Assembly (NCBI GenBank): GCA_963826115.1
Contig: CAWGVS010000006.1
Location: 960,001-1,024,000, forward strand
Length of the DNA: 64,000 nt
Direction of reading: 5' to 3'
Origin: an uncultured Candidatus Rokubacteria bacterium
GTDB lineage: Bacteria; Methylomirabilota; Methylomirabilia; Rokubacteriales; DASRDR01
The position numbers and the translations under genes are program-made. Below are positions 49,188-59,192 of the stretch, in pieces (the first letter of the stretch is position 1; the number at the start of each line of letters is the position of its first letter). The notes under the pieces were generated by a model, which was given only the letters and a program-made list of their open reading frames with translations, made no database searches and was not told where the DNA came from.

Positions 49188-49898
49188 ATGGAGGCCGAGC
49201 CGAGCCCCTTCCGGCTGTTCTGCCCCGCGTGCGGCGCCGACTCCGATTCGGCGGACGCCGTGTTCGTCCTGGAGTCGCTCGCCCTCGTGGTGGAGGCCGA
49301 TCTCCCTCTGCTGGCCACGCAGTGCAAGACCTGCGGGACCGCCGCCGACGTCGTCATCTGGCCGAGCGAGCCCGGGCTGGTGGGCCGCGTGCTCGCGGAG
49401 GGCGAGGGACCCGAGCCCGGGGAAGCCACGCTCCTCGGCCGCTACGCGGCGCTCGTCGACGGCTTCGAGCGCCAGGTTCGCGCCCAGCACGCCGCGTGGA
49501 TCGAGACGGACGACCTGGAGCCGTTGATGGCGGCGCTCGACCTCGAGGCCGTCGACCTCCCGCGGCTCCTGGCGCCGCCCCTCGATCGTGCCCTCGCCCT
49601 GCCGGCCGCGGCGCTGGCGGCGGTGCGGGGCGCCCGCCGGGCGGTCGAGGCCGAGGCCGATCTCGGCCTTCACGTGCGCGTCGGGATCGGGCACCTCACG
49701 GTCGTGTTCTCGCTCGAGGCGGGCGGCGTCCGGCACATGAGCGTGAGCGGCGTCGGCGGCACCACCCCGACGACCGTCGAGCAACACCTCGCGCTCGCCC
49801 TCTGCTATGACCCGAGCGAGCGGCTCCGCCTGACGGCGCGACCGGGCGAGGTGGTCCCGGTCGTGCACTTCTACCTGTCGGGGGCGGAGCTCGACTGA
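49188..49898 (+). CDS. Hypothetical protein with N-terminal zinc ribbon
   Basis: CPACG...CKTCG. Confidence 0.6.
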   Translation: MEAEPSPFRLFCPACGADSDSADAVFVLESLALVVEADLPLLATQCKTCGTAADVVIWPSEPGLVGRVLAEGEGPEPGEATLLGRYAALVDGFERQVRAQHAAWIETDDLEPLMAALDLEAVDLPRLLAPPLDRALALPAAALAAVRGARRAVEAEADLGLHVRVGIGHLTVVFSLEAGGVRHMSVSGVGGTTPTTVEQHLALALCYDPSERLRLTARPGEVVPVVHFYLSGAELD

Positions 49899-50488
49899 CT
49901 GCCGTCGCCGGCGAGCCTCGCCTCGAGGCGGGCCTTCGCCGCCGGCCACTCGGTGTCCAGGATCGAGTAGTACACCGTGTCCCGCTGGTAACCTCGCACG
50001 TTCATGTGCTTCCGGAGGACGCCCTCGCGCACGGCCCCGAGCCGCTCGATGGCCGCCTGGGAGCGCGTGTTGCGCCCATCGGTCTTGAGCGCGACCCGAA
50101 TGCAGCCGAGGGACTCGAAGGCGTGGCGGAGGAGGAGGTACTTCGCCTCGGTGTTCGCCGGCGTCCGCCAGAAGGCGCGGGCGAGGAACGTGCTCCCGAT
50201 CTCCACCTGCCGGTCCTTCGGCCGGATGTCGAGGTATCGCGTCGATCCGATCGCCGCGCCGCTCGCGTTCCACACCTGGGCGAAGGCGACCTGCTGGCCG
50301 CGGGCCATCAGATCCTGGGCGTCCCGGATCATGGCGCGGGTCGCGTCGAGGGCCGCCGGCGGGGGCCAGGCAAGGTAGCGGCAGACCTCCTCGTCCTGCG
50401 TGGCCTCGTAGAGGCCCGGGGCGTGGCGCTCGTCCAGTGGCTCGAGCGTGACGTGGCGGCCTCTCAGGGTGACGGGTTCGATCTGCAT
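49871..50488 (-). CDS. GNAT N-acetyltransferase (RimJ/RimL type)
   Basis: IGSTRY, EIGSTF, NTEAKYLLL, NTRSQAAIERLGAVREGVLR, RDTVYYSI. Confidence 0.93.
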   Translation of the reverse strand: MQIEPVTLRGRHVTLEPLDERHAPGLYEATQDEEVCRYLAWPPPAALDATRAMIRDAQDLMARGQQVAFAQVWNASGAAIGSTRYLDIRPKDRQVEIGSTFLARAFWRTPANTEAKYLLLRHAFESLGCIRVALKTDGRNTRSQAAIERLGAVREGVLRKHMNVRGYQRDTVYYSILDTEWPAAKARLEARLAGDGSQSSSAPDR

Positions 50489-50657
50489 CGTCGATCCTCC
50501 CGGTGATCCCGCGCGCGTCACGCTCCGGCGAACGGGCCGAGGCGCCGGCGGATGGTCCGACCCGGTACGCTAGGACGCCGGCGGCGCCGGGACAAGGACC
50601 ACCCTGCGGCGACGGGCAGGGCCATGTGCCGGCCGGCCCGCGCCGTTCCGTCGGGGG

Positions 50658-51350
50658 TCAGGGTTTACGGTCGGGACAGACCTGGAACGGTCCGTACTCG
50701 CCGACGGCTCGGCTCCGCGTCTGGTCGGCGTCCGTCAGGACCGCGATGCCCCGCGCCGGCGCCGGAGCCTCGCCGTAGAGCCGCTCGTAATCCCGCCGGG
50801 GGTTCACCGTCTCGGTGACCCAGCCGTCGTCGGGCGGAGGCCCCGAGCGCAGGACGATCGCGCGCGCCCGGCTGCTTCCGAACGTCGTGCCCACGGGCGC
50901 CACGCGGCTCCAGACGTACTTCACGGCGCGCGTGGCCATGGAGCTCGTGCCGAAGACCGCGTAGACCGACAGCGCGCTGTCGCTGCGGCCCGCGTCGCGC
51001 TCGTCCGAGTTGGCGGGGAAGACGCGGGGCCGCCAGCGCCAGCTCAGCAGCGGATGCGCGGCCGCGTCCCACGGGAACTCCCGGCCCATCTGGGAGCCGG
51101 TCCCCTCGGCCGTCGCCCGGACGAACCGGAGTCCGGCCTCGGCGGCCACCCGGTACGTCGCCCGGGCGGCGTCGTCCCGCGGCTGCCAGCCGGCGGGGAA
51201 CTCGCCGACCACCGAATCCTGATAGTCGGCGCCCACCCGGCAATCCGAGCCCGGGGGCGGCGCGCTCGGGGTCTGGGCGGCGGCGGCCGGCGAGAGCAGC
51301 CCGACCGCCAGGAGGACGATGGCGTGACCCGCCCGAGCCGGGCGGGTCAC
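50658..51350 (-). CDS. DUF3047-like exported protein
   Basis: Signal peptide, LSWRWR, KYVWS, GIAVLTDADQT. Confidence 0.8.
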   Translation of the reverse strand: MTRPARAGHAIVLLAVGLLSPAAAAQTPSAPPPGSDCRVGADYQDSVVGEFPAGWQPRDDAARATYRVAAEAGLRFVRATAEGTGSQMGREFPWDAAAHPLLSWRWRPRVFPANSDERDAGRSDSALSVYAVFGTSSMATRAVKYVWSRVAPVGTTFGSSRARAIVLRSGPPPDDGWVTETVNPRRDYERLYGEAPAPARGIAVLTDADQTRSRAVGEYGPFQVCPDRKP

Positions 51351-51357
51351 GAATCCA

Positions 51358-51792
51358 TCACTCGGACTCGACGGCGGCGGTGACGGCGGCGACTGAGCGC
51401 CGCGCCTCGAAGGACTGAGCCCGTTCCATCCGTTCCTGGCAGGGCCGGCATCGCTGGGCGAACGGCAGGCTGCGCAGCCGGGCCAGCCCGATGAAGTCGC
51501 CGCAGTCCCGGCAGAGCCCGTAGCGGCTGTCTCGGAGGAGATCGAGCGCCGCGTTCACCTGGACCAACTCGCGGCTGGCGCGATCGACGAGTGTGGCCCG
51601 GAGCTCGTCGTCGAGAGTCCGGCTGGCCGAGGCCACCTGATCGCTGTCGTCGGCCGCGTGCTGCTCGTGCCGCTCACCCAGTCCTCGGCGGATCAACCCG
51701 GCCAGGTCGGTCTGGCGGGACCGCAGGAACCGCCCGATCTCCTGGGCGGTCCGGCGGTCGAGGGCGTCGCGGCGCTTCACGGTCGTGCTCAT
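51358..51792 (-). CDS. TraR/DksA C4 zinc-finger protein
   Basis: Coiled coil, AL..L...YGLCRDCG..I...RL..LPFAQRCRPCQ; GAGGTG RBS. Confidence 0.85.
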   Translation of the reverse strand: MSTTVKRRDALDRRTAQEIGRFLRSRQTDLAGLIRRGLGERHEQHAADDSDQVASASRTLDDELRATLVDRASRELVQVNAALDLLRDSRYGLCRDCGDFIGLARLRSLPFAQRCRPCQERMERAQSFEARRSVAAVTAAVESE

Positions 51793-51957
51793 CGGCGTCA
51801 CCTCGATGCGCGGCAGCCTCGTGGGCCGCGGCGTGATTGGGTGACCGATGGCAGCAACGGTCGTGCCCGGACGGGTCCGAGACGTCGAAAGGTCTTTCGC
51901 TGCAAGAGTTTTCACATCGGGGCCGCCTCCGTGTCGGCCCGCCCAGAAGTGCCCGGT

Positions 51958-51974
51958 CGTGTAACCGTTACACG
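51958..51974. promoter_or_regulatory. Perfect 8-1-8 palindrome CGTGTAAC-C-GTTACACG upstream of the TraR/DksA gene
   Basis: Directly visible intergenic inverted repeat. Confidence 0.55.
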
Positions 51975-52016
51975 CGCGAACGTGTAGGCGCTGCCGCGCG
52001 CGTGACGCCGTCGTCG

Positions 52017-53941
52017 TCATGGCCGCCGGACGGGCATGCAGAGGACGCGGTCTCCTGCCTGACCGGCGCTGATCGCCTGGTACTTGTCCCAGAACGCCTG
52101 GTCGACCAGTCGCATCTCCGGCGGAGTGTCGGCCGTCCGGTACCGGCGGTACCTCCGGGGGCCGCCGTGGTAGGCGGAGTACGACGCGCGGGCGGCGTCC
52201 GCGAGGCGCTCTCCCGCCTCGCGGACGCCGTAGCGTCCGAGGAGCTGCCACAGGATCTCCGTGCCGGCCCCGGCATTGTAGCCGGCGTTCCAGCGAAGCT
52301 TGACCGGGTTGAAGAAGCCGCGCCAGACGCGCACGTTGATCTGCATCATCCCGACGTCGCCGGTGGACGACTGGATGGGCTGGACCGTCCCGCGCTCCCG
52401 GACGAACTGGCGCCAGCAGCTCTCCTGCCAGGCCACGGCTTTCACGAGGTCCCGGAACAGGTCCTCGAAGCGATCGCCGATGACCTCCCCGTCGAACGAG
52501 CGCTCCGCGGCGAGGGCCAGCAGGCGCTCGACGATCTCCCGGTACGCGGCGAGCTCGTTCGGGGTCGGGACCCATCGATCCAGGCGCTCCGACAGCTCCC
52601 GCCACTCGTCGGGCTCGTCCGCGTGCGCCGGGCGGGGCGCGAGCCAGGGCGGGAGCCACGACCGCGGGGCGGCCGGGACCGGCTTCCGCCGGAGCCGGCG
52701 CGCCGGCCCGTCCGGATCCCGGAAGCGGAACAGCTCCTGGAGCTTGGGATCCGGCGCGTCGGAGAACTCCAGGGGATCGCCCTGGTATCCCGGGGCCAGG
52801 GTCCGCGCGAGGCGGCGGAGGCCGTCCGCCGAGAAGTCGAGGCCGGCGGCGGGCGCCACCGCCTCGATCGCGGTCAGGGCGTCGCCGGCCGCGACGAACA
52901 CGACGAGTCGGAGCGCGCGCGTGTCGTCGCCGCCCTTGGCGCCGGCGCGGCGCACGATCCCGCGGAGCCGGTCCCAGAACCGGAGGAAGAGGGGCCGTAC
53001 GGGATCCACGCCCACCTCCGGTCCCCGGGCAAGGACTGCCGTCACCTCGCGACGCGCCGTCAGCAGGAGGTCGAGGAGCTCGGTCCGCATCTCGGCGTCC
53101 GCGCCGCCAGCCAGGTCCTTCACCATGAACGCGAGGAACCCGTCCCAGCTGTCGAGGAGCGCCTCCCACGCCTGGATCTCCGCGCGGGTCAGCGCCCGCT
53201 CGGGCGCGGGCGCAACCGGGGGCGCCGGGGGCAGGTCGATGGACACGCGCAAGCGGACCGCGTCTGGCTCGAGCGCGAGCTCCCGCGGCCGGAGCGTCTG
53301 GAGCGCCGTGGCCAGGCTTCCGGTGGGGCTGCTGAACGACCGGAGGAGCCCCCGGACCTCCTCCACCGGCGGCCCGAGGTCGAAGCCGAAGGTCTCGAGC
53401 TCCGCGGCGCTCCAGTCCCGGACGACCGTCCAGAGCCGCGTGGCCACGGTCGCCGGCTGTCGGGCCGTGTCGTAGAGCCGGAAGTCGACGTCCCGGAAGC
53501 GGAGCTGCCAGTCGTGGCCGAGCTCGGGCCGCGCCACGATCTCCGCGTGGCCGGTCCAGCTGACGGACGCGAAGCACCACCCGAGAAGCGGGACCCCCGC
53601 CGTGGCCGAGGCGGGGCCGCTGATCCGGAGCCGTCCGTCGGCAGGCTCGAGGAGGGGATCGCGGACGACGAAGGTGCCGCACCCGTCGGGGGTCCGCCAG
53701 AGCTCGAGCGCGCCGCCGCTCTCCACCCCGATGTGCTTCTTGAGCGCGGTACGGAGGACGTCGTAGTCGATGGTCAACGGGAAGGTGACCTCGACTGCCG
53801 CGGCCGGCCCGGCCGCCAGCAGGGCCGCCAGCAGCCCGACGGCCCCGGCCGCTAGACGGAGCGCCCGCCCCCTGGACTCCGGGGTCTCCCCCGGCGCCGC
53901 TCGGGACGTGACGCCCGGCCGCCGCTCGTCGGTCGCCGCAT
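52017..53941 (-). CDS. Exported protein with C-terminal lytic transglycosylase (SLT) domain; apparent frameshift near the 5' end
   Basis: AWQESCWRQF, GDVGMMQIN, YN..AG, YSAYHGG; signal peptide has no in-frame start unless one G is added to a G5 run (53868-72 or 53888-92). Confidence 0.75.
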
Positions 53942-54167
53942 CACTTCAACTCCAGCATACGCGACGCCCGCGCTTTTGGCCCTCATCACGTTCGGCCGAC
54001 GGGAGGTTTGCGCGCGCCTGTTGTCCGCGGCGGCGGCGCGTCGCGGTGCGGCGATGCCGCAAGCTTCGAGCGCCGCGCTCGCCGAGGTACAGTGGACCGG
54101 CCGTGGCGGGATTCGAGACCCGTGCGAGACCGGCGGCGCTTCCGTCGTCGGTCGGGAAGGACGGTAC

Positions 54168-54923
54168 ATGGCCTGGAAACATGGAGCGGACGAGCAATCG
54201 AGCGTTCGATTCGACGGAAACTTCCTGTGCCCCGGCGACCTCGTGGAATCGCCGAACCCCGACATGTCGCTGCAGGACGCGATCCTCACGCGACGGACGG
54301 TGCGGGCCTACCGGTCGGAGCCGGTGCCGCCGGAGCTGTTCGAGCAACTGGTCGAGGCCTCGATGCACGCGCCCACGGCCTGTGACGAGCAGCGCTGGAA
54401 GATCGTCTACATCGACGACCCGGCCGTGCTCCAGGACCTCTACGAGCGCGGCTCGGCCGCACTCCTGACCAAGGCCAGACAGGCCTTCCTCGTCACCTAC
54501 AACGGCCACACGGACAACGTGCAGTACTTGGACCACGTGCAGTCCGCCGCGGCGTTCATCACGACATTCTGTCTCGTGGCGCACAGCGTCGGAGTCGGCA
54601 CGTGCTGGATCGGTCACCTGCCCAACAAGAGCGAGCTGCGACGGATCTTCGGCATCCACCCGTTTTTCGAGCCGATCGCGCTCGTCACGTTCGGTTTCTA
54701 CCGCGAGAAGGTGAGGATACGGCCACGCAAGCGCTCCGCCCGGCAGGTGATCTTCAACGGCCGCTTCGTGCGCGACGGTCTCCAGTTCGCGACCTCGAAG
54801 AACGTGTCTGCGCGCAGGGTGGTGCGCACCCTGTACTATCTGTTGCCGCCGTTCATCCGGCGCCGGCTGCGCAGGTACAGCCTCAGGTACGAGAAGAAAT
54901 TCTACGATGAGGTCTATGACTGA
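54168..54923 (+). CDS. Nitroreductase family protein; start uncertain
   Basis: ILTRRTVRAY, APTACDEQRW, AHSVGVGTCWIG. Confidence 0.88.
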   Translation: MAWKHGADEQSSVRFDGNFLCPGDLVESPNPDMSLQDAILTRRTVRAYRSEPVPPELFEQLVEASMHAPTACDEQRWKIVYIDDPAVLQDLYERGSAALLTKARQAFLVTYNGHTDNVQYLDHVQSAAAFITTFCLVAHSVGVGTCWIGHLPNKSELRRIFGIHPFFEPIALVTFGFYREKVRIRPRKRSARQVIFNGRFVRDGLQFATSKNVSARRVVRTLYYLLPPFIRRRLRRYSLRYEKKFYDEVYD

Positions 54924-56460
54924 GACGGCCGTCGAACCGCTTCGCGCGTTGCTGGCCCGCGCTCTGCCGCGGCTGCTCACGCAGATGTGCCGGGACCCCG
55001 AGCATCCCCTCTACGGGTGCTTCGATCGGCACCACTGGCACTACAAGATGCGCGACTTCTCGAGCGCCGTGATGGTGCAGGGCGCGCTGGTGCTGGACTC
55101 GATCGCGCGCGGCGAGCTGAATCTTCCCGTGCCCGCGCTCGACCGCGCGATCGCAGCGGAATGGCGCGACGCGGCGCTCCGACACTGGGCCGGGACGCAG
55201 CGCGCGGACGGGAGCTCCGACGAGTACTACCCCAGGGAGGCGGCTTTTCCGGCCGCCGGCTTCAGCCTGTACGCCGCAGCGGTCATTGCCCAGCGTACGC
55301 CCCCGCCGGACGAGGTCGCGCGCGCGATGGAGAAGGCAGCGGCGCGGATCCTGCGCTCGGCCGAGACCGAGGCGGTGAACCAGGAAGTCGTCGCGCTCAC
55401 CGCGTGCTCGCTCGCCGCGCGGGCCGGCGTGCGGGTCGACGCGGCCGCACTCGAGCGGCGTTGGGCGGCCGTGTATGCCGGGCAGTCGCCCGAGGGCTGG
55501 TTCCTGGAGTACGGGGGGGCGGACACCGGATACCTGGCCGTGGCCTGCGACGCCCTGTGGGACTCCTGGGAGGTCACGCGCGACGAGCGAGCGCGTGAGG
55601 CCGGTGTGCGCGCGGGGAGGTACATCCACGCCCTGCTCGGGGCGGCGGGCGACGTGCCCCGCTTCGTGAACTCACGCAGCACGGACTACCTCACGGGCTA
55701 CGGGCTCACGCGGTTCGCCGCGCTGGCGCCCGAGGCCTCCACGGTCGTGCGCGCCACGCTGGCCTCCGTGTCGGAGCCCCGCCACTTCCTGCACCACGTC
55801 GACGACCGCTACGTCACGCACTACCTCCACACGAGCTGGTTCCGGGCGCTGCCCCATCTCGCGGCGATGGGGCCGGCCGCCGAGCCGTCACGGGAGACGC
55901 GGTGGTTCGCCCACGCGCGCGTCCTGGTCTCCCACACGGGCGACGCGAGCCTGTACGTGGCTGCCGGGAAGGGGGGCACGGTGGTTCGCGTGGCGCGCGA
56001 CGGAGCCACCGAGTTCGATCAGGGCTGGCGGGGCGAGGTCGCGGGTCGGATCACGACCACCTGCTGGCAGGAGCCGGAAACGCGCGTCGAGGCGCGGCGG
56101 GACGGCGACGCGTGGGTGATCACCCTCGACATGCCGCTCCGAAGACACGGCTACGTGGTGCCCACCCCGACAAAGCGCCTGGCCCTGCTCGCCGGCGGCT
56201 TCGTGGCCGGCCGGCGACTCGTCCCGCTCCTCAAGCGGCGGCTCATCTTCCGTCGGGCGGCCAACGGCGCGCGCTTCTCGCGCACGGTGCGGGTCGTCGG
56301 TGACGAGACCTGGATCGCCGACGCCTTCCACGGAAGACCGCTCGAGCGGCGCCGTCGCGAGGGCGCTTACTCCCTCCGGCACGTGAGCTCGAGCGGAGGG
56401 TTTGCGTTCGTGGAGCTCTCCCCGAGGCCGACGCGTCCCCACCTGCACTCCTCGGAATGA
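54916..56460 (+). CDS. Hypothetical protein, probable alpha/alpha-toroid plus beta-sandwich (heparinase II/III- or AglQ-like)
   Basis: YGCFDRHHWHYK, QRADGSSDEYYP, QSPEGWFLEYGGADTGY, NSRST. Confidence 0.6.
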   Translation: MTETAVEPLRALLARALPRLLTQMCRDPEHPLYGCFDRHHWHYKMRDFSSAVMVQGALVLDSIARGELNLPVPALDRAIAAEWRDAALRHWAGTQRADGSSDEYYPREAAFPAAGFSLYAAAVIAQRTPPPDEVARAMEKAAARILRSAETEAVNQEVVALTACSLAARAGVRVDAAALERRWAAVYAGQSPEGWFLEYGGADTGYLAVACDALWDSWEVTRDERAREAGVRAGRYIHALLGAAGDVPRFVNSRSTDYLTGYGLTRFAALAPEASTVVRATLASVSEPRHFLHHVDDRYVTHYLHTSWFRALPHLAAMGPAAEPSRETRWFAHARVLVSHTGDASLYVAAGKGGTVVRVARDGATEFDQGWRGEVAGRITTTCWQEPETRVEARRDGDAWVITLDMPLRRHGYVVPTPTKRLALLAGGFVAGRRLVPLLKRRLIFRRAANGARFSRTVRVVGDETWIADAFHGRPLERRRREGAYSLRHVSSSGGFAFVELSPRPTRPHLHSSE

Positions 56461-56623
56461 CGCGAATCGCGGGCGGCCTCGTGCCGTCCCGGCCCTTTCC
56501 GTGCGCGGGCGTCGCCCTAACGGGTGAGCGGCCTGCCCGTCCACGAATAGTGCCGCCGCGTATGCGAACCGATACACTGCGGGCGTGTCGGGCGGCGGAT
56601 GGCCCAGTCGTGTGGGGTGGCCG

Positions 56624-57094
56624 ATGCGCGCGGCGCTGGCCGTCGCGGCGCTCACCTTGGGTGTCTCCTCGGCGTGCGCAGAGGAGTTCAGCGGGCTGGT
56701 CGTCGGCGTCGCGGACGGCGACACGATCTCGGTGCTCCGCGATCACCGGGCGGTGACCGTCCGCCTGGCGGGCATCGACGCCCCCGAGAAGGCCCAGGCG
56801 TTTGGCCAGCGGGCCAAGCAGTTCGCGGCCTCGCTCGCGTTCGGGAAGACGGTCACCGTCCACGTGATCGGGCGGGACCGCTACCTCAGGCTCCTCGGCG
56901 AGGTGGCCCTGCCGGACGGGCGCAGCCTCAACCAGGAGCTGGTGCGCGCCGGCTTCGCGTGGTGGTTCCGGAAATACTCCCACGACCAGTGGCTCGCGCA
57001 CCTGGAGGCGGAGGCGCGGGAGGGGCGGCGCGGCCTCTGGGCGGATCCCGCTCCCGAGCCGCCCTGGGACTACCGCAGCCGCCGCGCGTCCTAG
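56624..57094 (+). CDS. Thermonuclease (SNase) family protein, exported
   Basis: VADGDTI, VRLAGIDAPE, DRY.RLL, NQELVRAGFAW, RGLWAD..PPW. Confidence 0.93.
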   Translation: MRAALAVAALTLGVSSACAEEFSGLVVGVADGDTISVLRDHRAVTVRLAGIDAPEKAQAFGQRAKQFAASLAFGKTVTVHVIGRDRYLRLLGEVALPDGRSLNQELVRAGFAWWFRKYSHDQWLAHLEAEAREGRRGLWADPAPEPPWDYRSRRAS

Positions 57095-57191
57095 GCGATC
57101 CCGCTCGTTCGACTGGATCCGCGCGAGGCCGTCGCGCCTGGCCAACGGTCCCTCGAGGCGTTAGACTCTGCTCGGGAGAGGGTCGAGGAGC

Positions 57192-57866
57192 ATGAGGAGC
57201 CGGACGAGCGTCCTGGCGCGGTGCGTGGCGCTTGCCGTGACGCTGGTGCCCGTGGCGTCTCTCGCGGGCGGGCGACCCGTACCGCCGACGCCCGGCGCCT
57301 TCCGGGCCCACGCCGACTTCCGCCCTAAGCACGCGTTCGGGTCGCCCGGAGGATTCCCGCTCCCCATCGGGGACGACCGACGCGCCCAGGTAACCGCCCC
57401 GCACTGGGGGAAGCTCGCTCATCGCGGCGTCGTCCCCGCGTTCCCCCCCACCTACTTCTACTGGCCGACCGCGCTCTACGGGGCGCCCGCGGAGACGCCC
57501 GCGCCGTCCATGATCGTGGAGCCCGTGGTCTACGTGGCGCCCACCATCTACGTCACGGTGCCGCCCGCGCCCGTACCGGCGCCTCCGGTCGTCTCGGCCC
57601 CGCCGGCCCCCGGGCCCACCGTGGTGGAGTACGCGACGGGTCGCTACGAGCTCAGAGGGGACGGAGCGGCCACTCCGTACACGTGGGTCTGGGTGCCCAA
57701 CCCGCCCGCAGGGCCTCCCGCCGCGCGCGCCGAGTCCCCGGCGTCGCACGCCTCATCGGAAGGTCGCACGCAGATCTACCGGTGGACGGCCGAGGACGGC
57801 GCCGAGGTCTGGACGAATCGCGACGGCCGTGCGGGCCGGCCCGCGGCCCCCGCGCCGCCGAGCTGA
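57192..57866 (+). CDS. Pro-rich exported hypothetical protein with a DUF4124-like C-terminal motif
   Basis: Signal peptide, GRYELRGDG..PYTWVWVPNPP, IYRWTAEDG..VWTN. Confidence 0.6.
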   Translation: MRSRTSVLARCVALAVTLVPVASLAGGRPVPPTPGAFRAHADFRPKHAFGSPGGFPLPIGDDRRAQVTAPHWGKLAHRGVVPAFPPTYFYWPTALYGAPAETPAPSMIVEPVVYVAPTIYVTVPPAPVPAPPVVSAPPAPGPTVVEYATGRYELRGDGAATPYTWVWVPNPPAGPPAARAESPASHASSEGRTQIYRWTAEDGAEVWTNRDGRAGRPAAPAPPS

Positions 57867-57885
57867 CCGAGGCCGCTCGGCGCCT

Positions 57886-59097
57886 TCAGGCCTGGCGGGG
57901 CGCCGGCGAGGTCGTGCGGGCGGCGATCTCCGCGGCGACGATCGCCGCCGTGGCCAGGGCGAGCAGGGGACCCGCCGTCACGAGAATCGCGGTCCACCCG
58001 TGACGGTGCAGGAGTTGCCCCGAGGACAGCGAGGTCACCGCGACCGTCGCCCAGATCATGAAGTCGTTCGCCGCCTGGGCCTTCGTCCGCTCGCTCGACG
58101 TGTAGGTGCGAGTCACGAGCGTGGAGCCGCCGACGAACATCAGGTTCCAGCCCACGCCGACCAGGAGGAGCGACAGCCAGAAGTGCCACACGCTCGTCCC
58201 GGCGAAGCCGGTCGCCAGGCTCGCCACGTTGGCGACGATGCCGATCCCGATCGTCGCGCGCTCGCCGATCCGCTGGATGAGGGAGCCGGTGAAGAACCCC
58301 GGCAGGAACATGCCGACCAGGTGCCACTGGATCACGAACGCGGCGTCCGAGAGGCCGTGGCCGTGGTGGGCGACCATGGCGAGCGGCGTGCCGGTCATGA
58401 GGAGGTTCATCACGCCGTAGCCCACGAGCTCGCTGGCGACGGCCACCAGGAAGAGCGGCTGTCGCACGATCGCGACGACGGGGCGCGCCGCGCCGCCGGC
58501 CCGGGACTCCGCGGCCTCCGGCAAGCGGAGCCCGTACGTGAGGGCGAGGCCGACCAGGCCGAGCAGCGGGATGCAGAGGAACGCTCCGACGAACCGCGTG
58601 CCGAGGAGATCGGCGGTCGATCTGGCGAGCTGCGGTCCCACGAAGCCCGCGAGGAGGCCGCCCGCCAGGACGAGGGAGATGGCGCGCCCCCGCCGATCGG
58701 GCGTCACGGCTTCGGCGGCCGCGAAGCGGTAGAGCTGGGCGAACGCCGACGCGATGCCCATCAGGAGGCCGCCGCCGATCAAGAGCCAGAAGCTCTGGAT
58801 GATGACGGCCCACGCCCCGACCAGGCCACCGGCCATCGTGAAGCCGCTCCCGACCATGAACCCGACCCGGCGTCCCACGCGGCGCATGACGAGCGAGGCC
58901 GGGATCGTGCCGAGCGCGGTCCCGATCGTGAGCGCGGTCGCCGGAAGGGTCGCGAGCGCCTTGTCCGCCGCGAGGGCGTGCCCCGCGAGGGTGCCGATCG
59001 TGGCCATCAACGCCGCGGTGCTGATGAAGGCGGCCTGACACAGCGCGAGCAGGAGGACGTTCCGGTGGCTCCGTTCCACGAGCGTCTCTTGTACCAC
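57886..59097 (-). CDS. MFS transporter
   Basis: 12 TM, RRVGRRVGF, YRFAAAE, IQWHLVGMFLP. Confidence 0.9.
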   Translation of the reverse strand: MVQETLVERSHRNVLLLALCQAAFISTAALMATIGTLAGHALAADKALATLPATALTIGTALGTIPASLVMRRVGRRVGFMVGSGFTMAGGLVGAWAVIIQSFWLLIGGGLLMGIASAFAQLYRFAAAEAVTPDRRGRAISLVLAGGLLAGFVGPQLARSTADLLGTRFVGAFLCIPLLGLVGLALTYGLRLPEAAESRAGGAARPVVAIVRQPLFLVAVASELVGYGVMNLLMTGTPLAMVAHHGHGLSDAAFVIQWHLVGMFLPGFFTGSLIQRIGERATIGIGIVANVASLATGFAGTSVWHFWLSLLLVGVGWNLMFVGGSTLVTRTYTSSERTKAQAANDFMIWATVAVTSLSSGQLLHRHGWTAILVTAGPLLALATAAIVAAEIAARTTSPAPRQA

Positions 59098-59192
59098 AGG
59101 TGGGCGCGCGCCGCCGGGCCGGGCGCTCGCGGTATGATCGGCGTCGGGCGGCGGCGCGCTGGCGCGCCGGCCACGCGGAAGAGGAGGGCAGG

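Noticed and set aside
45206-49429. 1407-aa minus-strand ORF
   Set aside because: Antisense shadow of ppdK and the LLM gene; typical stop-poor frame in high-GC DNA, no motifs
51898-51920. Possible sigma54 promoter (TTGCA) upstream of the DksA/TraR gene
   Set aside because: The -24 position reads GT, not the required GG
56624-57094. SNase as a defence or toxin system
   Set aside because: Stand-alone exported nuclease with no immunity or defence neighbours
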